Under the pieces are notes generated by a model. The model saw only the letters and a list, made by a program, of their open reading frames with translations, searched no databases and was not told where the DNA came from. Both the position numbers and the translations under genes were made by a program. Source: Eledone cirrhosa (lineage: Eukaryota). Taken from it: a DNA stretch of 64,000 nt. Each line of letters begins with the position of its first letter. Position 1 is the first letter of the stretch. Location: NCBI GenBank assembly GCA_964016885.1, contig CAXHJY010000763.1:1-64000 (forward strand), given 5' to 3'. Positions 39,301 to 53,805 of this stretch are shown piece after piece.

Positions 39301-42300
39301 ACACCACACACAGCCAATGAGTGTCTGCACATATACCAGTAATTACAGATCGATCCGACCACGGGCGGCCGGCCCACGATCGAAAAGGTAACTCCGCCGG
39401 CAAATTCGCATTTTTGTGATTCGTTTCTTCGAAGCACACCATTCGCTGGTGGACTTCAGCTTCCGCATTTAGCATGGGCAACTTTTCTTGAAAATCACAC
39501 CACACACAGGCAATGAGTGTCTGCACATGTACCAGTAATTACAAATCGATCCGACCACGGGCGGCCGGCCACGATCGAAAAGGTAACTCCGCCGGCAAAT
39601 TCGCATTTTTGTGATTCGTTTCTTCGAAGCACACCATTCGCTGGTGGACTTCAGCTTCCGCATTTAGCATGGGCAGCTTTTCTTGAACATCACACCACAC
39701 ACAGCCAATGAGTGTCTCCACATATACCAGTAATTACAGATCGATCCGACCACGGGCGGCCGGCCCACGATCGAAAAGGTAACTCCGCCGGCAAATTCGC
39801 ATTTTTTTGATTCGTTTCTTCGAAGCACACTATTCGCTGGTAGACTTCAGCTTCCGCATTTAGCATGGGCAGCGTTTCTTGAAAATCACACCACACACAG
39901 TCAATGAGTGTCTGCACATATACCAGTAATTACAGATCGATCCGACCAGAGGCGGCCGGCCCACGATCGAAAAGGTAACTCCGCCGGTAAATAGTCATTT
40001 TTGTGATTCGTTTTCTTCGAAGCACACCATTCGCCACCGGACTTCAGCTTCCTCATTTAGCATGGGCAGTTTTTCTTGAACATCACACCACACACAGCCA
40101 ATGAGTGTCTGCACATATACCAGTAATTACAGATCGATCCGACCACGGGCGGCCGGCCCACGATCGAAAAGGTAACTCCGCCGGCAAATTCGCATTTTTG
40201 TGATTCGTTTTCTTCGAAGCACACCATTCGCCGCCGGACTTCAGCTTCCTCATTTAGCATGGGCAGTTTTTCTTGAACATCACACCACACACAGCCAATG
40301 AGTGTCTGCACATATACCAGTAATTACAGATCGATCCGACCACGGGCGGCCGGCCCACGATCGAAAAGGTAACTCCGCCGGCAAATTCGCATTTTTGTGA
40401 TTCGTTTCTTCGAAGCACACCATTCGCTGGTGGACTTCAGCTTCCGCATTTAGCATGGGCAGCTTTTCTTGAAAATCACACCACACACAGCAGATGTGTG
40501 TCTGCACATGGACCAGTAATTACAGATCGATCCGACCATAGGCGGCCGGCCCACGATCGAAAAGGTAACTCCGCCGGCAAATTCGCATTTTTGTGATTCG
40601 TTTCTTCGAAGCACACCATTCGCTGGTGGACTTCAGCTTCCGCATTTAGCATGGGCAGCTTTTCTTGAAAATCACACCACACACAGCAAATTTGTGTTTG
40701 CACATGGACCAGTAATTACAGATCGATCCGACCATAGGCGGCCGGCCCACGATCGAAAAGGTAACTCCGCCGGCAAATTCGCATTTTTGTGATTCGTTTC
40801 TTCGAAGCACACCATTCGCTGGTGGACTTCAGCTTCCGCATTTAGCATGGGCAACTTTTCTTGAACATCACACCACACACAGCCAATGAGTGTCTGCACA
40901 TATACCAGTAATTACAGATCGATCCGACCACGGGCGGCCGGCCCACGATCGAAAAGGTAACTCCGCCGGCAAATTCGCATTTTTGTGATTCGTTTCTTCG
41001 AAGCACACCATTCGCTGGTGGACTTCAGCTTCCGCATTTAGCATGGGCAACTTTTCTTGAAAATCACACCACACACAGGCAATGAGTGTCTGCACATGTA
41101 CCAGTAATTACAAATCGATCCGACCACGGGCGGCCGGCCACGATCGAAAAGGTAACTCCGCCGGCAAATTCGCATTTTTGTGATTCGTTTCTTCGAAGCA
41201 CACCAACCGCTGGTGGAATTCAGCTTCCTCATTTAGCATGGGCAGCTTTTCTTGAAAATCACACCATACACAGCCAATGAGTGTATGCACATATACCAGT
41301 AATTACAGATCGATCCGACCACGGGCGGCCGGCCCACGATCGAAAAGGTAACTCCGCCGGCAAATTCGCATTTTTGTGATTCGTTTCTTCGAAGCACACC
41401 ATTCGCTGGTGGACTTCAGCTTCCGCATTTAGCATGGGCAGCTTTTCTTGAACATCACACCACACACAGCCAATGAGTGTCTCCACATATACCAGTAATT
41501 ACAGATCGATCCGACCACGGGCGGCCGGCCCACGATCGAAAAGGTAACTCCGCCGGCAAATTCGCATTTTTTTGATTCGTTTCTTCGAAGCACACTATTC
41601 GCTGGTAGACTTCAGCTTCCGCATTTAGCATGGGCAGCGTTTCTTGAAAATCACACCACACACAGTCAATGAGTGTCTGCACATATACCAGTAATTACAG
41701 ATCGATCCGACCAGAGGCGGCCGGCCCACGATCGAAAAGGTAACTCCGCCGGTAAATAGTCATTTTTGTGATTCGTTTTCTTCGAAGCACACCATTCGCC
41801 ACCGGACTTCAGCTTCCTCATTTAGCATGGGCAGTTTTTCTTGAACATCACACCACACACAGCCAATGAGTGTCTGCACATATACCAGTAATTACAGATC
41901 GATCCGACCACGGGCGGCCGGCCCACGATCGAAAAGGTAACTCCGCCGGCAAATTCGCATTTTTGTGATTCGTTTCTTCGAAGCACACCATTCGCTGGTG
42001 GACTTCAGCTTCCGCATTTAGCATGGGCAGCTTTTCTTGAAAATCACACCACACACAGCAAATGTGTGTCTGCACATGGACCAGTAATTACAGATCGATC
42101 CGACCATAGGCGGCCGGCCCACGATCGAAAAGGTAACTCCGCCGGCAAATTCGCATTTTTGTGATTCGTTTCTTCGAAGCACACCATTCGCTGCTGGACT
42201 TCAGCTTCCGCATTTAGCATGGGCAGCTTTTCTTGAAAATCACACCACACACAGCTAATGAGTGTCTGCACCTATACCAGTTATTACAGATCGATCCGAC

Positions 42301-44399
42301 CATGGGCAGCCGGCCCACGATCGAAAAGGTAACTCCGCCGGCAAATTCGCATTTTTGTGATTCGTTTCTTCGAAGCACACCATTCGCTGGTGGACTTCAG
42401 CTTCCGCATTTAGCATGGGCAACGTTTCGTGAAAATCACACCACACAGAGCAAATGTGTGTCTGCACATGGACCAGTAATTACAGATCGATTCGACCACA
42501 GGCGGCCGGCCCACGATCGAAAAGGTAACTCCGCCGGCAAATTCGCATTTTTGTGATTCGTTTCTTCGAAGCACACCATTCGCTGGTGGACTTCAGCTTC
42601 CGCATTTAGCATGGGCAACTTTTCTTGAAAATCACACCACACACAGGCAATGAGGGTCTGCACATGTACCAGTAATTACAAATCGATCCGACCACGGGCG
42701 GCCGGCCAGGATCGAAAAGGTAACTCCGCCGGCAAATTCGCATTTTTGTGATTCGTTTCTTCGAAGCACACCATTCGCTGGTGGACTTCAGCTTCCTCAT
42801 TTAGCATGGGCAGCTTTTCTTGAACATCACACCACACACAGCCAATGAGTGTCTGCACATATACCAGTAATTACAGATCGATCCGACCACGGGCGGCCAG
42901 CCCACGATCGAAAAGGTAACTCCGCCGGCAAATTCGCATTTTTGTGATTCGTTTCTTCGAAGCACACCATTCGCTGGTGGACTTCAGCTTCCGCATTTAG
43001 CATGGGCAACTTTTCTTGAAAATCACACCACACACAGCTAATGAGTGTATGCACATATACCAGTAATTACAGATCGATCCGACCACGGGCGGCCGGCCCA
43101 CGATCGAAAAGGTAACTCCGCCGGCAAATTCGCATTTTTGTGATTCGTTTCTTCGAAGCACACCATTCGCTGGTGGACTTCAGCTTCCGCATTTAGCATG
43201 GGCAGCTTTTCTTGAACATCACACCACACACAGCCAATGAGTGTCTCCACATATACCAGTAATTACAGATCGATCCGACCACGGGCGGCCGGCCCACGAT
43301 CGAAAAGGTAACTCCGCCGGCAAATTCGCATTTTTGTGATTCGTTTCTTCGAAGCACACCATTCGCTGGTAGACTTCAGCTTCCGCATTTAGCATGGGCA
43401 GCGTTTCTTGAAAATCACACCACACACAGTCAATGAGTGTCTGCACATATACCAGTAATTACAGATCGATCCGACCAGAGGCGGCCGGCCCACGATCGAA
43501 AAGGTAACTCCGCCGGTAAATAGTCATTTTTGTGATTCGTTTTCTTCGAAGCACACCATTCGCCGCCGGACTTCAGCTTCCTCATTTAGCATGGGCAGTT
43601 TTTCTTGAACATCACACCACACACAGCCAATGAGTGTCTGCACATATACCAGTAATTACAGATCGATCCGACCACGGGCGGCCGGCCCACGATCGAAAAG
43701 GTAACTCCGCCGGCAAATTCGCATTTTTGTGATTCGTTTCTTCGAAGCACACCATTCGCTGGTGGACTTCAGCTTCCGCAATTAGCATGGGCAGCTTTTC
43801 TTGAAAATCACACCACACACAGCAGATGTGTGTCTGCACATGGACCAGTAATTACAGATCGATCCGACCATAGGCGGCCGGCCCACGATCGAAAAGGTAA
43901 CTCCGCCGGCAAATTCGCATTTTTGTGATTCGTTTCTTCGAAGCACACCATTCGCTGGTGGACTTCAGCTTCCGCATTTAGCATGGGCAGCTTTTCTTGA
44001 AAATCACACCACACACAGCAAATTTGTGTTTGCACATGGACCAGTAATTACAGATCGATCCGACCATAGGCGGCCGGCCCACGATCGAAAAGGTAACTCC
44101 GCCGGCAAATTCGCATTTTTGTGATTCGTTTCTTCGAAGCACACCATTCGCTGGTGGACTTCAGCTTCCGCATTTAGCATAGGCAACTTTTCTTGAACAT
44201 CACACCACACACAGCCAATGAGTGTCTGCACATATACCAGTAATTACAGATCGATCCGACCACGGGCGGCCGGCCCACGATCGAAAAGGTAACTCCGCCG
44301 GCAAATTCGCATTTTTGTGATTCGTTTCTTCGAAGCACACCATTCGCTGGTGGACTTCAGCTTCCGCATTTAGCATGGGCAACTTTTCTTGAAAATCAC

Positions 44400-47300
44400 A
44401 CCACACACAGTCAATGAGTGTCTGCACATATACCAGTAATTACAGATCGATCCGACCAGAGGCGGCCGGCCCACGATCGAAAAGGTAACTCCGCCGGTAA
44501 ATAGTCATTTTTGTGATTCGTTTTCTTCGAAGCACACCATTCGCCGCCGGACTTCAGCTTCCTCATTTAGCATGGGCAGTTTTTCTTGAACATCACACCA
44601 CACACAGCCAATGAGTGTCTGCACATATACCAGTAATTACAGATCGATCCGACCACGGGCGGCCGGCCCACGATCGAAAAGGTAACTCCGCCGGCAAATT
44701 CGCATTTTTGTGATTCGTTTCTTCGAAGCACACCATTCGCTGGTGGACTTCAGCTTCCGCATTTAGCATGGGCAGCTTTTCTTGAAAATCACACCACACA
44801 CAGCAGATGTGTGTCTGCACATGGACCAGTAATTACAGATCGATCCGACCATAGGCGGCCGGCCCACGATCGAAAAGGTAACTCCGCCGGCAAATTCGCA
44901 TTTTTGTGATTCGTTTCTTCGAAGCACACCATTCGCTGGTGGACTTCAGCTTCCGCATTTAGCATGGGCAGCTTTTCTTGAAAATCACACCACACACAGC
45001 AAATTTGTGTTTGCACATGGACCAGTAATTACAGATCGATCCGACCATAGGCGGCCGGCCCACGATCGAAAAGGTAACTCCGCCGGCAAATTCGCATTTT
45101 TGTGATTCGTTTCTTCGAAGCACACCATTCGCTGGTGCACTTCAGCTTCCGCATTTAGTATGGGCACCTTTTCTTGCAAATCACACCACACACAGCAAAT
45201 TTGTGTTTGCACATGGACCAGTAATTACAGATCGATCCGACCATAGGCGGCCGGCCCACGATCGAAAAGGTAACTCCGCCGGCAAATTCGCATTTTTGTG
45301 ATTCGTTTCTTCGAAGCACACCATTCGCTGGTGGACTTCAGCTTCCGCATTTAGCATGGGCAACTTTTCTTGAAAATCACACCACACACAGGCAATGAGT
45401 GTCTGCACATGTACCAGTAATTACAAATCGATCCGACCACGGGCGGCCGGCCACGATCGAAAAGGTAACTCCGCCGGCAAATTCGCATTTTTGTGATTCG
45501 TTTCTTCGAAGCACACCATTCGCTGGTGGACTTCAGCCTCCTCATTTAGCATGGGCAGCTTTTCTTGAACATCACACCACACACAGCCAATGAGTGTCTG
45601 CACATATACCAGTAATTACAGATCGATCCGACCACGGGCGGCCGGCCCACGATCGAAAAGGTAACTCCGCCGGCAAATTCGCATTTTTGTGATTCGTTTC
45701 TTCGAAGCACACCATTCGCTGGTGGACTTCAGCTTCCGCATTTAGCATAGGCAGCTTTTCTTGAACATCACACCACACACAGCCAATGAGTGTCTCCACA
45801 TATACCAGTAATTACAGATCGATCCGACCACGGGCGGCCGGCCTACGATCGAAAAGGTAACTCCGCCGGCAAATTCGCATTTTTGTGATTCGTTTCTTCG
45901 AAGCACACCATTCGCTGGTAGACTTCAGCTTCCGCATTTAGCATGGGCAGCGTTTCTTGAAAATCACACCACACACAGTCAATGAGTGTCTGCACATATA
46001 CCACTAATTACAGATCGATCCGACCACAGGCGGCCGGCCCACGATCGAAAAGGTAACTCCGCCGGTAAATAGTCATTTTTGTGATTCGTTTTCTTCGAAG
46101 CACACCATTCGCCGCCGGACTTCAGCTTCCTCATTTAGCATGGGCAGTTTTTCTTGAACATCACACCACACACAGCCAATGAGTGTCTGCACATATACCA
46201 GTAATTACAGATCGATCCGACCACGGGCGGCCGGCCCACGATCGAAAAGGTAACTCCGCCGGCAAATTCGCATTTTTGTGATTCGTTTCTTCGAAGCACA
46301 CCATTCGCTGGTGGACTTCAGCTTCCTCATTTAGCATGGGCAGCTTTTCTTGAAAATCACACCACACACAGCCAATGAGTGTCTGCACATATACCAGTAA
46401 TTACAGATCGATCCGACCACAGGCGGCCGGCCCACGATCGAAAAGGTAACTCCGCCGGCAAATTCGCATTTTTGTGATTCGTTTCTTCGAAGCACACCAT
46501 TCGCTGGTGGACTTCAGCTTCCGCATTTAGCATGGGCAACTTTTCTTGAAAATCACACCACACACAGGCAATGAGTGTCTGCACATGTACCAGTAATTAC
46601 AAATCGATCCGACCACGGGCGGCCGGCCACGATCGAAAAGGTAACTCCGCCGGCAAATTCGCATTTTTGTGATTCGTTTCTTCGAAGCACACCATTCGCT
46701 GGTGGACTTCAGCCTCCTCATTTAGCATGGGCAGCTTTTCTTGAACATCACACCACACACAGCCAATGAGTGTCTGCACATATACCAGTAATTACAGATC
46801 GATCCGACCACGGGCGGCCGGCCCACGATCGAAAAGGTAACTCCGCCGGCAAATTCGCATTTTTGTGATTCGTTTCTTCGAAGCACACCATTCGCTGGTG
46901 GACTTCAGCTTCCGCATTTAGCATAGGCAGCTTTTCTTGAACATCACACCACACACAGCCAATGAGTGTCTCCACATATACCAGTAATTACAGATCGATC
47001 CGACCACGGGCGGCCGGCCCACGATCGAAAAGGTAACTCCGCCGGCAAATTCGCATTTTTGTGATTCGTTTCTTCGAAGCACACCATTCGCTGGTAGACT
47101 TCAGCTTCCGCATTTAGCATGGGCAGCGTTTCTTGAAAATCACACCACACACAGTCAATGAGTGTCTGCACATATACCACTAATTACAGATCGATCCGAC
47201 CAGAGGCGGCCGGCCCACGATCGAAAAGGTAACTCCGCCGGTAAATAGTCATTTTTGTGATTCGTTTTCTTCGAAGCACACCATTCGCCGCCGGACTTCA

Positions 47301-49930
47301 GCTTCCTCATTTAGCATGGGCAGTTTTTCTTGAACATCACACCACACACAGCCAATGAGTGTCTGCACATATACCAGTAATTACAGATCGATCCGACCAC
47401 GGGCGGCCGGCCCACGATCGAAAAGGTAACTCCGCCGGCAAATTCGCATTTTTGTGATTCGTTTCTTCGAAGCACACCATTCGCTGGTGGACTTCAGCTT
47501 CCGCATTTAGCATGGGCAGCTTTTCTTGAAAATCACACCACACACAGCAGATGTGTGTCTGCACATGGACCAGTAATTACAGATCGATCCGACCATAGGC
47601 GGCCGGCCCACGATCGAAAAGGTAACTCCGCCGGCAAATTCGCATTTTTGTGATTCGTTTCTTCGAAGCACACCATTCGCTGGTGGACTTCAGCTTCCGC
47701 ATTTAGCATGGGCAGCTTTTCTTGAAAATCACACCACACACAGCAAATTTGTGTTTGCACATGGACCAGTAATTACAGATCGATCCGACCATAGGCGGCC
47801 GGCCCACGATCGAAAAGGTAACTCCGCCGGCAAATTCGCATTTTTGTGATTCGTTTCTTCGAAGCACACCATTCGCTGGTGCACTTCAGCTTCCGCATTT
47901 AGTATGGGCACCTTTTCTTGCAAATCACACCACACACAGCAAATTTGTGTTTGCACATGGACCAGTAATTACAGATCGATCCGACCATAGGCGGCCGGCC
48001 CACGATCGAAAAGGTAACTCCGCCGGCAAATTCGCATTTTTGTGATTCGTTTCTTCGAAGCACACCATTCGCTGGTGGACTTCAGCTTCCGCATTTAGCA
48101 TGGGCAACTTTTCTTGAAAATCACACCACACACAGGCAATGAGTGTCTGCACATGTACCAGTAATTACAAATCGATCCGACCACGGGCGGCCGGCCACGA
48201 TCGAAAAGGTAACTCCGCCGGCAAATTCGCATTTTTGTGATTCGTTTCTTCGAAGCACACCATTCGCTGGTGGACTTCAGCCTCCTCATTTAGCATGGGC
48301 AGCTTTTCTTGAACATCACACCACACACAGCCAATGAGTGTCTGCACATATACCAGTAATTACAGATCGATCCGACCACGGGCGGCCGGCCCACGATCGA
48401 AAAGGTAACTCCGCCGGCAAATTCGCATTTTTGTGATTCGTTTCTTCGAAGCACACCATTCGCTGGTGGACTTCAGCTTCCGCATTTAGCATAGGCAGCT
48501 TTTCTTGAACATCACACCACACACAGCCAATGAGTGTCTCCACATATACCAGTAATTACAGATCGATCCGACCACGGGCGGCCGGCCCACGATCGAAAAG
48601 GTAACTCCGCCGGCAAATTCGCATTTTTGTGATTCGTTTCTTCGAAGCACACCATTCGCTGGTAGACTTCAGCTTCCGCATTTAGCATGGGCAGCGTTTC
48701 TTGAAAATCACACCACACACAGTCAATGAGTGTCTGCACATATACCACTAATTACAGATCGATCCGACCACAGGCGGCCGGCCCACGATCGAAAAGGTAA
48801 CTCCGCCGGTAAATAGTCATTTTTGTGATTCGTTTTCTTCGAAGCACACCATTCGCCGCCGGACTTCAGCTTCCTCATTTAGCATGGGCAGTTTTTCTTG
48901 AACATCACACCACACACAGCCAATGAGTGTCTGCACATATACCAGTAATTACAGATCGATCCGACCACGGGCGGCCGGCCCACGATCGAAAAGGTAACTC
49001 CGCCGGCAAATTCGCATTTTTGTGATTCGTTTCTTCGAAGCACACCATTCGCTGGTGGACTTCAGCTTCCTCATTTAGCATGGGCAGCTTTTCTTGAAAA
49101 TCACACCACACACAGCCAATGAGTGTCTGCACATATACCAGTAATTACAGATCGATCCGACCACAGGCGGCCGGCCCACGATCGAAAAGGTAACTCCGCC
49201 GGCAAATTCGCATTTTTGTGATTCGTTTCTTCGAAGCACACCATTCGCTGGTGGACTTCAGCTTCCGCATTTAGCATGGGCAACTTTTCTTGAAAATCAC
49301 ACCACACACAGGCAATGAGTGTCTGCACATGTACCAGTAATTACAAATCGATCCGACCACGGGCGGCCGGCCACGATCGAAAAGGTAACTCCGCCGGCAA
49401 ATTCGCATTTTTGTGATTCGTTTCTTCGAAGCACACCATTCGCTGGTGGACTTCAGCCTCCTCATTTAGCATGGGCAGCTTTTCTTGAACATCACACCAC
49501 ACACAGCCAATGAGTGTCTGCACATATACCAGTAATTACAGATCGATCCGACCACGGGCGGCCGGCCCACGATCGAAAAGGTAACTCCGCCGGCAAATTC
49601 GCATTTTTGTGATTCGTTTCTTCGAAGCACACCATTCGCTGGTGGACTTCAGCTTCCGCATTTAGCATAGGCAGCTTTTCTTGAACATCACACCACACAC
49701 AGCCAATGAGTGTCTCCACATATACCAGTAATTACAGATCGATCCGACCACGGGCGGCCGGCCCACGATCGAAAAGGTAACTCCGCCGGCAAATTCGCAT
49801 TTTTGTGATTCGTTTCTTCGAAGCACACCATTCGCTGGTAGACTTCAGCTTCCGCATTTAGCATGGGCAGCGTTTCTTGAAAATCACACCACACACAGTC
49901 AATGAGTGTCTGCACATATACCACTAATTA
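44400..49930 (+). repeat. 2744-bp (14-monomer = 8-mer + 6-mer) tandem duplication, 2 copies
   Basis: Offsets 44593/47337, 44985/47729, 46161/48905, 46944/49688. Marker GGTGCAC...AGTATGGGCACC...TTGCAAA occurs only at about 45135 and 47879. Internal 1176-bp repeat (45351/46527). Confidence 0.9.
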
Positions 49931-51061
49931 CAGATCGATCCGACCACAGGCGGCCGGCCCACGATCGAAAAGGTAACTCCGCCGGTAAATAGTCATTTTT
50001 GTGATTCGTTTTCTTCGAAGCACACCATTCGCCGCCGGACTTCAGCTTCCTCATTTAGCATGGGCAGTTTTTCTTGAACATCACACCACACACAGCCAAT
50101 GAGTGTCTGCACATATACCAGTAATTACAGATCGATCCGACCACGGGCGGCCGGCCCACGATCGAAAAGGTAACTCCGCCGGCAAATTCGCATTTTTGTG
50201 ATTCGTTTCTTCGAAGCACACCATTCGCTGGTGGACTTCAGCTTCCTCATTTAGCATGGGCAGCTTTTCTTGAAAATCACACCACACACAGCCAATGAGT
50301 GTCTGCACATATACCAGTAATTACAGATCGATCCGACCACAGGCGGCCGGCCCACGATCGAAAAGGTAACTCCGCCGGCAAATTCGCATTTTTGTGATTC
50401 GTTTCTTCGAAGCACACCATTCTTGGGTAGACTTCAGCTTCCGCATTTAGCATGGGCAGCTTTTCTTGAAAATCACACCACACACAGCAAATGTGTGTCT
50501 GCACATGGACCAGTAATTACAGATCGATCCGACCATAGGCGGCCGGCCCACGATCGAAAAGGTAACTCCGCCAGCAAATTCGCATTTTTGTGATTCGTTT
50601 CTTCGAAGCACACCATTCGCTGGTGGACTTCAGCTTCCGCATTTAGCATGGGCAGCTTTTCTTGAACATCACACCACACACAGCCAATGAGTGTCTCCAC
50701 ATATGCCAGTAATTACAGATCGATCCGACCACGGGCGGCCGGCCCACGATCGAAAAGGTAACTCCGCCGGCAAATTCGCATTTTTTTGATTCGTTTCTTC
50801 GAAGCACACTATTCGCTGGTAGACTTCAGCTTCCGCATTTAGCATGGGCAGCGTTTCTTGAAAATCACACCACACACACTCAATGAGTGTCTGCACATAT
50901 ACCAGTAATTACAGATCGATCCGACCAGAGGCGGCCGGCCCACGATCGAAAAGGTAACTCCGCCGGTAAATAGTCATTTTTGTGATTCGTTTTCTTCGAA
51001 GCACACCATTCGCCACCGGACTTCAGCTTCCTCATTTAGCATGGGCAGTTTTTCTTGAACA

Positions 51062-53805
51062 TCACACCACACACAGCCAATGAGTGTCTGCACATATACC
51101 AGTAATTACAGATCGATCCGACCACGGGCGGCCGGCCCACGATCGAAAAGGTAACTCCGCCGGCAAATTCGCATTTTTGTGATTCGTTTCTTCGAAGCAC
51201 ACCATTCGCTGGTGGACTTCAGCTTCCGCATTTAGCATGGGCAGCTTTTCTTGAAAATCACACCACACACAGCAAATGTGTGTCTGCACATGGACCAGTA
51301 ATTACAGATCGATCCGACCATAGGCGGCCGGCCCACGATCGAAAAGGTAACTCCGCCGGCAAATTCGCATTTTTGTGATTCGTTTCTTCGAAGCACACCA
51401 TTCGCTGGTGGACTTCAGCTTCCGCATTTAGCATGGGCAGCTTTTCTTGAAAATCACACCACACACAGCAAATTTGTGCTTGCACATGGACCAGTAATTA
51501 CAGATCGATCCGACCATAGGCGGCCGGCCCACGATCGAAAAGGTAACTCCGCCGGCAAATTCGCATTTTTGTGATTCGTTTCTTCGAAGCACACCATTCG
51601 CTGGTGGACTTCAGCTTCCGCATTTAGCATGGGCAACTTTTCTTGAAAATCAGACCACACACAGGCAATGAGTGTCTGCACATGTACCAGTAATTACAAA
51701 TCGATCCGACCACGGGCGGCCGGCCACGATCGAAAAGGTAACTCCGCCGGCAAATTCGCATTTTTGTGATTCGTTTCTTCGAAGCACACCATTCGCTGGT
51801 GGACTTCAGCTTCCTCATTTAGCATGGGCAGCTTTTCTTGAACATCACACCACACACAGCCAATGAGTGTCTGCACATATACCAGTAATTACAGATCGAT
51901 CCGACCACGGGCGGCCGGCCCACGATCGAAAAGGTAACTCCGCCGGCAAATTCGCATTTTTGTGATTCGTTTCTTCGAAGCACACCATTCGCTGGTGGAC
52001 TTCAGCTTCCGCATTTAGCATGGGCAGCTTTTCTTGAACATCACACCACACACAGCCAATGAGTGTCTCCACATATACCAGTAATTACAGATCGATCCGA
52101 CCACGGGCGGCCGGCCCACGATCGAAAAGGTAACTCCGCCGGCAAATTCGCATTTTTGTGATTCGTTTCTTCGAAGCACACCATTCGCTGGTAGACTTCA
52201 GCTTCCGCATTTAGCATGGGCAGCGTTTCTTGAAAATCACACCACACACAGTCAATGAGTGTCTGCACATATACCACTAATTACAGATCGATCCGACCAG
52301 AGGCGGCCGGCCCACGATCGAAAAGGTAACTCCGCCGGTAAATAGTCATTTTTGTGATTCGTTTTCTTCGAAGCACACCATTCGCCACCGGACTTCAGCT
52401 TCCTCATTTAGCATGGGCAGTTTTTCTTGAACATCACACCACACACAGCCAATGAGTGTCTGCACATATACCAGTAATTACAGATCGATCCGACCACGGG
52501 CGGCCGGCCCACGATCGAAAAGGTAACTCCGCCGGCAAATTCGCATTTTTGTGATTCGTTTCTTCGAAGCACACCATTCGCTGGTGGACTTCAGCTTCCG
52601 CATTTAGCATGGGCAGCTTTTCTTGAAAATCACACCACACACAGGAAATGTGTGTCTGCACATGGACCAGTAATTACAGATCGATCCGACGATAGGCGGC
52701 CGGCCCACGATCGAAAAGGTAACTCCGCCGGCAAATTCGCATTTTTGTGATTCGTTTCTTCGAAGCACACCATTCGCTGGTGGACTTCAGCTTCCGCATT
52801 TAGTATGGGCACCTTTTCTTGAAAATCACACCACACACAGCAAATTTGTGTTTGTACATGGACCAGTAATTACAGATCGCTCCGACCATAGGCGGCCGGC
52901 CCACGATCGAAAAGGTAACTCCGCCGGCAAATTCGCATTTTTGTGATTCGTTTCTTCGAAGCACACCATTCGCTGGTGGACTTCAGCTTCCGCATTTAGC
53001 ATGGGCAACTTTTCTTGAAAATCACACCACACACAGGCAATGAGTGTCTGCACATGTACCAGTAATTACAAATCGATCCGACCACGGGCGGCCGGCCACG
53101 ATCGAAAAGGTAACTCCGCCGGCAAATTCGCATTTTTGTGATTCGTTTCTTCGAAGCACACCATTCGCTGGTGGACTTCAGCCTCCTCATTTAGCATGGG
53201 CAGCTTTTCTTGAACATCACACCACACACAGCCAATGAGTGTCTGCACATATACCAGTAATTACAGATCGATCCGACCACGGGCGGCCGGCCCACGATCG
53301 AAAAGGTAACTCCGCCGGCAAATTCGCATTTTTGTGATTCGTTTCTTCGAAGCACACCATTCGCTGGTGGACTTCAGCTTCCGCATTTAGCATAGGCAGC
53401 TTTTCTTGAACATCACACCACACACAGCCAATGAGTGTCTCCACATATACCAGTAATTACAGATCGATCCGACCACGGGCGGCCGGCCCACAATCGAAAA
53501 GGTAACTCCGCCGGCAAATTCGCATTTTTGTGATTCGTTTCTTCGAAGCACACCATTCGCTGGTAGACTTCAGCTTCCGCATTTAGCATGGGCAGCGTTT
53601 CTTGAAAATCACACCACACACAGTCAATGAGTGTCTGCACATATACCACTAATTACAGATCGATCCGACCACAGGCGGCCGGCCCACGATCGAAAAGGTA
53701 ACTCCGCCGGTAAATAGTCATTTTTGTGATTCGTTTTCTTCGAAGCACACCATTCGCCGCCGGACTTCAGCTTCCTCATTTAGCATGGGCAGTTTTTCTT
53801 GAACA
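51062..53805 (+). repeat. Two tandem copies of the 1372-bp 7-monomer unit
   Basis: Unit starts at 51062, 52434, 53806 with the same order of seven monomer variants. Confidence 0.88.
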
